DNA from: Lingula anatina
Taxonomy: Eukaryota > Animalia > Brachiopoda
Direction of reading: 5' to 3'
DNA: 64,000 nt
Assembly (NCBI GenBank): GCA_051362555.1
Contig: CM120642.1
Coordinates: 30,814,001-30,878,000, forward strand
A program made the position numbers and the translations under genes. How positions within the stretch are numbered: position 1 is the first letter of the stretch; every line of letters begins with the position of its first letter. Positions 12,260 through 24,114 of the stretch are shown one piece after another. The notes below the pieces were generated by a model, which had not been told where the DNA came from, searched no databases, and was given only the letters and a program-made list of their open reading frames with translations.

Positions 12260-14486
12260 GAGGTATCAATGTTGAATCAACGTTGATGGTCAACATTGAA
12301 ACTATGTTGATATGACGTTGACTATGAAAGTTGACTCAACGTTGAACCATCAAGGTTGAATCAACCTTGAGGTATCAATGTTGAATCAACGTTGATGGTC
12401 AATGTTGAAACTATGTTGATATGACGTTGACTATGAAAGTTGACTCAACGTTGAACCATCAAGGTTGAATCAACCTTGAGGTATCAATGTTGAATCAACG
12501 TTGATGGTCAATGTTGAAACTATGTTGATATGACGTTGACTATGAAAGTTGACTCAACGTTGAACCATCAAGGTTGAATCAACCTTGAGGTATCAATGTT
12601 GAATCAATGTTGACGGTCAACGTTGAAACTATGTTGATATGACGTTGACTATGAAAGTTGAATCAACGTTGAACCATCAAGGTTGAATCAACCTTGAGGT
12701 ATCAATGTTGAATCAACATTGATACTTCAATGTTGAATCAATTTTCAAATTAAGTTGAATTTAAAAATTGAATTAACGTTGATATATCAATTAGGCTATC
12801 AGGATATTTGATTGAAATTTGCCTGATGGCTGAAGGTGTTCTCCAAGATATCAAGCATTTCTTGAAATAAAAAGACTCAGATCTGAAAAGGGGGGAAATA
12901 AGGAAAATTACCTACAAAAAAAGGTAATTCCGAAAGAAAAGGGGGGGGGGGGGGGGTCAGACCCCGGGACCGGCCCCTGTATCCACCTATGGGTCGTCAG
13001 ATTCTTTTTAAACTTTCCAGTTTGATGCTCAGTGTTACGGACCAAAACAGCCCGAACATAAAAAAACACAAACAACAACTAATTTAACTATGAATATAAT
13101 ATATTACAAACAACGAACATACACTACATACACTAACTACATGTAATACTATCATGTTGCATAAACTTTAACATTTGTCAAATACAGTTAAATTCTAACA
13201 GATTCGTAGACAGTTAAGTTTTGAATACGCAATGTCACAGTTTTACGAGTCCTTTTCTGTTGAACGTTCCTCCTGATAGTGTGGGGTTTTGAAGACGCAA
13301 TGTCACCGTTTTCCATGTCCTTATCTGTTGAACGATCCTCCTGATAGTGTGGCCTCACAGAGTACTGTTAATAAAGTACAGTTTTTGTACTGTAAAAGTG
13401 TTACACACTGTCCACACTCACGTGTTGCATCAGTTATGTTATCCGGAGTCTCGCACTTAATAACAGTCCCGCACTTAATTTACATTATACAAGTATGCAG
13501 GCACATACGGTAATTACTCATAAAAATTAAACAACAAATTAGCTTTACTAAAATAATTATAACGTCACATCAGGTAGTTAAGATAATTTTAAGAATACAA
13601 AAACAAAGGGTCACCAGTCTAATTTTTTCTCACAGCTAACTTGAATTTCCAGAAAAACAGGCATTTTTGGCTTTTTCAAGCTTTTTCTTCAACCTTGAGT
13701 AAATTTTGTCAATTTGCCATAAAGTAAGGGTGGTGACCCTATGTTTTTTTTTCTTTTTCTTAAAGATAACCTGAACATCAAATCTGGAAAGTTAAAAAAA
13801 AAAAATGACGATCGCTTTTTTTCACTAAATTAATTTTAATGAAAAGGGGGTAAAACAAGCGTTTTATGAGGGGTAATTACCCCTATGCATACCTCTCTAG
13901 TGAGATAATCATTTAAAACTATTATCAAGGTTATGATTAAGGTTATAAATAAAGTTAAGGTTGACCCAATGTTGAGATCCAGTTGATATGTCAACATTGA
14001 CAAAGAGTTTACAAACACAGGTTGATTCAATGTTGAAATCCTGTTGATCTATCAACATTGAAAATTGATTGACAAAGAAAGGTTAAATCAATGTTGAGAC
14101 CCTGTTGATCTATCAACATTGACAATTGGTTGACAAGAAAAGTTTGATTCAATGTTGAAATCCTGTTGATCTATCAACATTGAAAATTGATTGACAAAGA
14201 AAGGTTAAATCAATGTTGAGACCCTGTTGATCTATCAACATTGACAATTGGTTGACAAGAAAAGTTTGATTCAATGTTGAAATCCTGTTGATCTATCAAC
14301 ATTGAAAATTGATTGACAAAGAAAGGTTAAATCAATGTTGAGACCCTGTTGATCCATCAACATTGACAATTGGTTGACAAGAAAAGGTTGATTCAATGTT
14401 GAGATCTTGTTGATCTATCAATATTGATGGATCAACATCATCTCAACCTATCCTCAATGTTGAATCAACGTTGAGTGCCTGCTGGG
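12260..14486. mobile_element. CMC/EnSpm-like element, unit 3
   Basis: Near-identical copy of 231-2453. Confidence 0.65.
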
Positions 14487-15661
14487 AAAAAACCTAAACT
14501 TGAATAGAGATCTTTTATAACAATGCTTTCTCAGTGCGTGTGTTCAAATATTTCAAACACTTTATCTCAGCACTAATGTTCTTAAAATATCTGATACTTC
14601 CCCCAAAGACTATACATAAACTCAAATATATTTATCAATTTGTTTAGAATAGGGCTTTAAAATCAACAGGTTTGTTATGATCATAACCTTGCTACTGCTT
14701 GGCAGTAATTATTTGCTCCTGCTAATTTCAAGAGACTGTACCCCGCTCCTCAAAGAAAGTATAGGCTTAGGGCATATCATAAATATTTATGTAAAAAACA
14801 ATCATAAAATACATGAAATGTTCTTCACACTTTATTGAGATATTCTTGAAAGTCCCACTACTTACAGCTGACGCCAGAAGGAAATGGTAAGGAAGAAACT
14901 CCATTCTGAGTACACAGTCCAGAGCCTTCAAACAGTGCAGCTCTATCCCCTGGTTATCATAGATATATGTCCACTGTTTCTGAGCTACTGCAAACATGGT
15001 CTCAATGTGCAACCACCTGAAATGTGAACATATTAAACTCTCTGTGCTGTTTATAATACCAAGACACAATTCTAAGTTGAAAGCGGTTTCTCAATCACCC
15101 ATCACTGGAATGAAAAAAAGGGACATCACTGGGACGAAAAAAAAAGGGAAGTTTGGCATAGACAAATGATGTTTTATGGCAACGGTTTTCTTTTTTCTTT
15201 CTTAATCAATAAACAAATCTATGAAGATATTTTTTCTCAAAGAGTTTTTAATATTCCTATTGAACACTTTTTTATTCAACTGATTTTCATAAATAGGGCA
15301 CCTGTTATGTTTACATTTGACAAACTCTTACCAATATTTTTCAATAGACTGTTAAACTGATGACTACTGGCACAAAATGTAAAATGTTCCAAAACAATAT
15401 ATAACACCATGAGAGTAAAAAAAAAAATTGGTTATAAAAGATTGGAAAAATTTATCCATTGAATAAGACGCATAAACTCAACCAAATCTCATGATATTGT
15501 GATGATGCAGAACCTCTTACTTGACATCTTGGGCTGTCTCCATGACATTCATCTCACACATAAGTTTCTTGGTCTGCCAGTCCATGGCAGCTACGTGACC
15601 CTTCCTGCCAGCTATCAGCAGAAACCTGCCGTTTCTGGTGTAGTTCATTCTGTACGGACCA
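14487..15661 (-). pseudogene. WDR46: WDR46 fragment, unit 3
   Basis: Near-identical copy of 2454-3628. Confidence 0.93.
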
Positions 15662-18043
15662 GATCAAATAGAAATAATACTGATAAAAACCCAGGAAATC
15701 GCCCTGTTGATTGTCAAGGAAGAGCAGAAGCAACTGTCAGCAAACAAAACACAACTGTCTCCCCAGAAAGACCTGTTAAAAAGCTGAAGGTCAGCGCATC
15801 AGTTCTTGGAGTAAACAAATCTGTTGAAATTATATAAGATGTTTGAAAAGAAATGTATGATTAAACAATTGTTTTGAGACACAAAATTATAGTTGAATCT
15901 TGAACTTGAGTGACAATACACTGCACTTTGCATGCAGCCAAACATGCACACTCTGGGGTAGCGCTAGCACTCGCCAATTTAGCCAAATGCTAAAACTGAC
16001 TTAATTGGCTAAAGAAAAAGGGCTTGATTTGACATGTTTAAGCCAAATTATAACCATTTTGGTAACAAATTGACAAAAATGTGGTGATTTGGCTAAGCGA
16101 AAAAAATTGCTAGCGCTACCCCAGACACTTATAAGAAACTTCTATGCACCAGAGTTCAGATAAAGATAATTCATTTAGAAGAATGTTGATATTTATTTTT
16201 GTGGAACTCTGTAATTTGAGGTTAAATTTAACATGTATTCTTGTGTCCTGTGGTTCCAGGTTGGTGAAACGAACAGGAAGTACACGTACGTCCCTCTGAG
16301 TAAACTGACCAGAGGAGCCACAGTGGATGTTTACGCCGTGGTCAAGTTTTTCAAACCACCCACTAAGACACGAGGTTCAGGTAAAGTTTATAATACAGTT
16401 AATCCCAAATTGAAGATATGCCGTTCTAAAAAAATGGAACATTGATTCACTGGAAGATCCATACAATGAAGTGGCAAACAAGAGACGTTTATCTCTCCAC
16501 TTTTAGGGGATCTAATGCTCCTGGAACTTAGGTGTCATCTTTGTTTTTGTGCCTTGTTTCTGTGGCTAGATTTTTCTTACAGGAATGCAGTTTGTGCTAA
16601 GATAATGCATAAATTATTTACTTGAAAGATTGTAGGTTCCTTTTGGTTAGTGTAATTTAAAGATTTTTTGGAATCAGCAATTTAAAACATACCTTTGTCT
16701 AGTTGCAGGGAAGATACTTAATTTATGGTAATAGCAAAAACACTGTCCTCAGTCTTTTATTAATCAACAGACATACATGTAGTGTGTGAAGTGGGTTTCA
16801 CAGTTTTGGACAAACAGACTTATCTTATGCTATTCAGACTACTACATGGTACTTTCCTTGGTGGATCCATCTCTAGCAGACAAGGAGAAAATCAAATGCA
16901 TTTTGTTTGCAAAGAGCGCTACAGATTTACCGCCTGTCCAGACTGAGGGAGAAATAGTCAGGATGCATAGACTGAAGGTAGTGAGACTGTTGTGTATATT
17001 ATGACAATACTCCTTTATCTCATTAAAACATCATCCAGTATTGATTTAATTTTTTTTTTCTTGGTGGATTAATGTCTGTTATATTCATGCTTTGTGCAGG
17101 TTGTTGGAAACATTTGTCAGCATGTTTTTATGAAGACATTTAAAACATTTTGATATTTCATGGTTTCTCAACTCAGTTTGGGTAGCTTTTGACAAATGAT
17201 TTCTGTATTTAGATAAAAAAATCAAAAAATGAAAATGAAAATCAATTGAAAATACAAAATTCTTAATGTATGCTTTAGCCAGACCCAATAATTTTTAACA
17301 TGTATGAAAAGAAAACATTCAGAGTGTGCTAATGTGATCAGAAAAGCTCAAAATATGATTGCTTGCTCTATACTTTATATGCCCAGTAAACATTTGTGTC
17401 CGTTGCAGATTGGGACTTTTAATGGGGAATTACAAGGACAGAACGGGCCAGGCTTCTCCTGTATTGTTTTCTCTGCTGACCTGGAGGATCCCATTGAACC
17501 TAAGTCCACCACCAGGGGGTACACTCTGACTGACCAAGACAGGCTGAAGGTATGTGTGTAATTATGAGCAGCCTTAAGGTGATTAAATGTGATTTTGGTA
17601 TTGTAATGTTATCTTTTGTTATGTTATGTGTTATATTCACCTAGTCTCCTTTTTGTATCTCCGTTGAATTTAATGCACTGTGTAAACATGCACACATGCA
17701 CAATCTTGTTACCCTTTTTGTACACACTATGTACATAATTAAATAGAATAAATGTCCTGTGTGCTTAACAGTTACTTTGAGGAATTTGTTCTTAAAATAT
17801 TAGTATTTAATTGCAGCACTTGCAATGTGAGTCCACAACTAGGAGTAAGATAACTGATTGTAGATTAATATTGTAAATGGAGATGATAAAATAAATATTT
17901 ATTATCACTTGCATAATTGCGTACTTCAGGTGGAGGAGCTTAGAGAATGGTCTTTACAAGGGGAATGTTTCAGTCAAGAAAGGGATAACAGGTGCACTCT
18001 GGGAGAATGTGTGGTCGGCCAGTACTTTGATTTGTTGTGCCAG
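15662..18043 (+). CDS. POT1: POT1 OB1 cassette copy 3 (exons 16260-16380, 16838-16977, 17409-17549, 17930-18043)
   Basis: Same translation and splice sites as copy 1. Confidence 0.85.
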
Positions 18044-18051
18044 GTAATCAG

Positions 18052-18091
<40 letters not shown>

Positions 18092-18275
18092 CATTGTACA
18101 TGGGAGGAAAATGGTCTCAATCTGTCATAAAGGCCTCTTACCAATCCTCGACTTAAGTCATCATCACATTATTAAAATTTTCACTAGTTTCTCAAGTTGT
18201 TGGTGGGTTATGAGAAGTTTTCTGTCAGTTTTTAACTATCGTCATGTGACGGAGCAATCACGTTGTAGATAAAGT

Positions 18276-20502
18276 GAGGTATCAATGTTGAATCAACGTT
18301 GATGGTCAACATTGAAACTATGTTGATATGACGTTGACTATGAAAGTTGACTCAACGTTGAACCATCAAGGTTGAATCAACCTTGAGGTATCAATGTTGA
18401 ATCAACGTTGATGGTCAATGTTGAAACTATGTTGATATGACGTTGACTATGAAAGTTGACTCAACGTTGAACCATCAAGGTTGAATCAACCTTGAGGTAT
18501 CAATGTTGAATCAACGTTGATGGTCAATGTTGAAACTATGTTGATATGACGTTGACTATGAAAGTTGACTCAACGTTGAACCATCAAGGTTGAATCAACC
18601 TTGAGGTATCAATGTTGAATCAATGTTGACGGTCAACGTTGAAACTATGTTGATATGACGTTGACTATGAAAGTTGAATCAACGTTGAACCATCAAGGTT
18701 GAATCAACCTTGAGGTATCAATGTTGAATCAACATTGATACTTCAATGTTGAATCAATTTTCAAATTAAGTTGAATTTAAAAATTGAATTAACGTTGATA
18801 TATCAATTAGGCTATCAGGATATTTGATTGAAATTTGCCTGATGGCTGAAGGTGTTCTCCAAGATATCAAGCATTTCTTGAAATAAAAAGACTCAGATCT
18901 GAAAAGGGGGGAAATAAGGAAAATTACCTACAAAAAAAGGTAATTCCGAAAGAAAAGGGGGGGGGGGGGGGGTCAGACCCCGGGACCGGCCCCTGTATCC
19001 ACCTATGGGTCGTCAGATTCTTTTTAAACTTTCCAGTTTGATGCTCAGTGTTACGGACCAAAACAGCCCGAACATAAAAAAACACAAACAACAACTAATT
19101 TAACTATGAATATAATATATTACAAACAACGAACATACACTACATACACTAACTACATGTAATACTATCATGTTGCATAAACTTTAACATTTGTCAAATA
19201 CAGTTAAATTCTAACAGATTCGTAGACAGTTAAGTTTTGAATACGCAATGTCACAGTTTTACGAGTCCTTTTCTGTTGAACGTTCCTCCTGATAGTGTGG
19301 GGTTTTGAAGACGCAATGTCACCGTTTTCCATGTCCTTATCTGTTGAACGATCCTCCTGATAGTGTGGCCTCACAGAGTACTGTTAATAAAGTACAGTTT
19401 TTGTACTGTAAAAGTGTTACACACTGTCCACACTCACGTGTTGCATCAGTTATGTTATCCGGAGTCTCGCACTTAATAACAGTCCCGCACTTAATTTACA
19501 TTATACAAGTATGCAGGCACATACGGTAATTACTCATAAAAATTAAACAACAAATTAGCTTTACTAAAATAATTATAACGTCACATCAGGTAGTTAAGAT
19601 AATTTTAAGAATACAAAAACAAAGGGTCACCAGTCTAATTTTTTCTCACAGCTAACTTGAATTTCCAGAAAAACAGGCATTTTTGGCTTTTTCAAGCTTT
19701 TTCTTCAACCTTGAGTAAATTTTGTCAATTTGCCATAAAGTAAGGGTGGTGACCCTATGTTTTTTTTTCTTTTTCTTAAAGATAACCTGAACATCAAATC
19801 TGGAAAGTTAAAAAAAAAAAATGACGATCGCTTTTTTTCACTAAATTAATTTTAATGAAAAGGGGGTAAAACAAGCGTTTTATGAGGGGTAATTACCCCT
19901 ATGCATACCTCTCTAGTGAGATAATCATTTAAAACTATTATCAAGGTTATGATTAAGGTTATAAATAAAGTTAAGGTTGACCCAATGTTGAGATCCAGTT
20001 GATATGTCAACATTGACAAAGAGTTTACAAACACAGGTTGATTCAATGTTGAAATCCTGTTGATCTATCAACATTGAAAATTGATTGACAAAGAAAGGTT
20101 AAATCAATGTTGAGACCCTGTTGATCTATCAACATTGACAATTGGTTGACAAGAAAAGTTTGATTCAATGTTGAAATCCTGTTGATCTATCAACATTGAA
20201 AATTGATTGACAAAGAAAGGTTAAATCAATGTTGAGACCCTGTTGATCTATCAACATTGACAATTGGTTGACAAGAAAAGTTTGATTCAATGTTGAAATC
20301 CTGTTGATCTATCAACATTGAAAATTGATTGACAAAGAAAGGTTAAATCAATGTTGAGACCCTGTTGATCCATCAACATTGACAATTGGTTGACAAGAAA
20401 AGGTTGATTCAATGTTGAGATCTTGTTGATCTATCAATATTGATGGATCAACATCATCTCAACCTATCCTCAATGTTGAATCAACGTTGAGTGCCTGCTG
20501 GG
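18276..20502. mobile_element. CMC/EnSpm-like element, unit 4
   Basis: Near-identical copy of 231-2453. Confidence 0.65.
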
Positions 20503-21677
20503 AAAAAACCTAAACTTGAATAGAGATCTTTTATAACAATGCTTTCTCAGTGCGTGTGTTCAAATATTTCAAACACTTTATCTCAGCACTAATGTTCTTA
20601 AAATATCTGATACTTCCCCCAAAGACTATACATAAACTCAAATATATTTATCAATTTGTTTAGAATAGGGCTTTAAAATCAACAGGTTTGTTATGATCAT
20701 AACCTTGCTACTGCTTGGCAGTAATTATTTGCTCCTGCTAATTTCAAGAGACTGTACCCCGCTCCTCAAAGAAAGTATAGGCTTAGGGCATATCATAAAT
20801 ATTTATGTAAAAAACAATCATAAAATACATGAAATGTTCTTCACACTTTATTGAGATATTCTTGAAAGTCCCACTACTTACAGCTGACGCCAGAAGGAAA
20901 TGGTAAGGAAGAAACTCCATTCTGAGTACACAGTCCAGAGCCTTCAAACAGTGCAGCTCTATCCCCTGGTTATCATAGATATATGTCCACTGTTTCTGAG
21001 CTACTGCAAACATGGTCTCAATGTGCAACCACCTGAAATGTGAACATATTAAACTCTCTGTGCTGTTTATAATACCAAGACACAATTCTAAGTTGAAAGC
21101 GGTTTCTCAATCACCCATCACTGGAATGAAAAAAAGGGACATCACTGGGACGAAAAAAAAAGGGAAGTTTGGCATAGACAAATGATGTTTTATGGCAACG
21201 GTTTTCTTTTTTCTTTCTTAATCAATAAACAAATCTATGAAGATATTTTTTCTCAAAGAGTTTTTAATATTCCTATTGAACACTTTTTTATTCAACTGAT
21301 TTTCATAAATAGGGCACCTGTTATGTTTACATTTGACAAACTCTTACCAATATTTTTCAATAGACTGTTAAACTGATGACTACTGGCACAAAATGTAAAA
21401 TGTTCCAAAACAATATATAACACCATGAGAGTAAAAAAAAAAATTGGTTATAAAAGATTGGAAAAATTTATCCATTGAATAAGACGCATAAACTCAACCA
21501 AATCTCATGATATTGTGATGATGCAGAACCTCTTACTTGACATCTTGGGCTGTCTCCATGACATTCATCTCACACATAAGTTTCTTGGTCTGCCAGTCCA
21601 TGGCAGCTACGTGACCCTTCCTGCCAGCTATCAGCAGAAACCTGCCGTTTCTGGTGTAGTTCATTCTGTACGGACCA
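20503..21677 (-). pseudogene. WDR46: WDR46 fragment, unit 4
   Basis: Near-identical copy of 2454-3628. Confidence 0.93.
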
Positions 21678-24072
21678 GATCAAATAGAAATAATACTGAT
21701 AAAAACCCAGGAAATCGCCCTGTTGATTGTCAAGGAAGAGCAGAAGCAACTGTCAGCAAACAAAACACAACTGTCTCCCCAGAAAGACCTGTTAAAAAGC
21801 TGAAGGTCAGCGCATCAGTTCTTGGAGTAAACAAATCTGTTGAAATTATATAAGATGTTTGAAAAGAAATGTATGATTAAACAATTGTTTTGAGACACAA
21901 AATTATAGTTGAATCTTGAACTTGAGTGACAATACACTGCACTTTGCATGCAGCCAAACATGCACACTCTGGGGTAGCGCTAGCACTCGCCAATTTAGCC
22001 AAATGCTAAAACTGACTTAATTGGCTAAAGAAAAAGGGCTTGATTTGACATGTTTAAGCCAAATTATAACCATTTTGGTAACAAATTGACAAAAATGTGG
22101 TGATTTGGCTAAGCGAAAAAAATTGCTAGCGCTACCCCAGACACTTATAAGAAACTTCTATGCACCAGAGTTCAGATAAAGATAATTCATTTAGAAGAAT
22201 GTTGATATTTATTTTTGTGGAACTCTGTAATTTGAGGTTAAATTTAACATGTATTCTTGTGTCCTGTGGTTCCAGGTTGGTGAAACGAACAGGAAGTACA
22301 CGTACGTCCCTCTGAGTAAACTGACCAGAGGAGCCACAGTGGATGTTTACGCCGTGGTCAAGTTTTTCAAACCACCCACTAAGACACGAGGTTCAGGTAA
22401 AGTTTATAATACAGTTAATCCCAAATTGAAGATATGCCGTTCTAAAAAAATGGAACATTGATTCACTGGAAGATCCATACAATGAAGTGGCAAACAAGAG
22501 ACGTTTATCTCTCCACTTTTAGGGGATCTAATGCTCCTGGAACTTAGGTGTCATCTTTGTTTTTGTGCCTTGTTTCTGTGGCTAGATTTTTCTTACAGGA
22601 ATGCAGTTTGTGCTAAGATAATGCATAAATTATTTACTTGAAAGATTGTAGGTTCCTTTTGGTTAGTGTAATTTAAAGATTTTTTGGAATCAGCAATTTA
22701 AAACATACCTTTGTCTAGTTGCAGGGAAGATACTTAATTTATGGTAATAGCAAAAACACTGTCCTCAGTCTTTTATTAATCAACAGACATACATGTAGTG
22801 TGTGAAGTGGGTTTCACAGTTTTGGACAAACAGACTTATCTTATGCTATTCAGACTACTACATGGTACTTTCCTTGGTGGATCCATCTCTAGCAGACAAG
22901 GAGAAAATCAAATGCATTTTGTTTGCAAAGAGCGCTACAGATTTACCGCCTGTCCAGACTGAGGGAGAAATAGTCAGGATGCATAGACTGAAGGTAGTGA
23001 GACTGTTGTGTATATTATGACAATACTCCTTTATCTCATTAAAACATCATCCAGTATTGATTTAATTTTTTTTTTTCTTGGTGGATTAATGTCTGTTATA
23101 TTCATGCTTTGTGCAGGTTGTTGGAAACATTTGTCAGCATGTTTTTATGAAGACATTTAAAACATTTTGATATTTCATGGTTTCTCAACTCAGTTTGGGT
23201 AGCTTTTGACAAATGATTTCTGTATTTAGATAAAAAAATCAAAAAATGAAAATGAAAATCAATTGAAAATACAAAATTCTTAATGTATGCTTTAGCCAGA
23301 CCCAATAATTTTTAACATGTATGAAAAGAAAACATTCAGAGTGTGCTAATGTGATCAGAAAAGCTCAAAATATGATTGCTTGCTCTATACTTTATATGCC
23401 CAGTAAACATTTGTGTCCGTTGCAGATTGGGACTTTTAATGGGGAATTACAAGGACAGAACGGGCCAGGCTTCTCCTGTATTGTTTTCTCTGCTGACCTG
23501 GAGGATCCCATTGAACCTAAGTCCACCACCAGGGGGTACACTCTGACTGACCAAGACAGGCTGAAGGTATGTGTGTAATTATGAGCAGCCTTAAGGTGAT
23601 TAAATGTGATTTTGGTATTGTAATGTTATCTTTTGTTATGTTATGTGTTATATTCACCTAGTCTCCTTTTTGTATCTCCGTTGAATTTAATGCACTGTGT
23701 AAACATGCACACATGCACAATCTTAATTGTTACCCTTTTTGTACACACTATGTACATAATTAAATAGAATAAATGTCCTGTGTGCTTAACAGTTACTTTG
23801 AGGAATTTGTTCTTAAAATATTAGTATTTAATTGCAGCACTTGCAATGTGAGTCCACAACTAGGAGTAAGATAACTGATTGTAGATTAATATTGTAAATG
23901 GAGATGATAAAATAAATATTTATTATCACTTGCATAATTGCGTACTTCAGGTGGAGGAGCTTAGAGAATGGTCTTTACAAGGGGAATGTTTCAGTCAAGA
24001 AAGGGATAACAGGTGCACTCTGGGAGAATGTGTGGTCGGCCAGTACTTTGATTTGTTGTGCCAGGTAATCAG

Positions 24073-24114
<42 letters not shown>

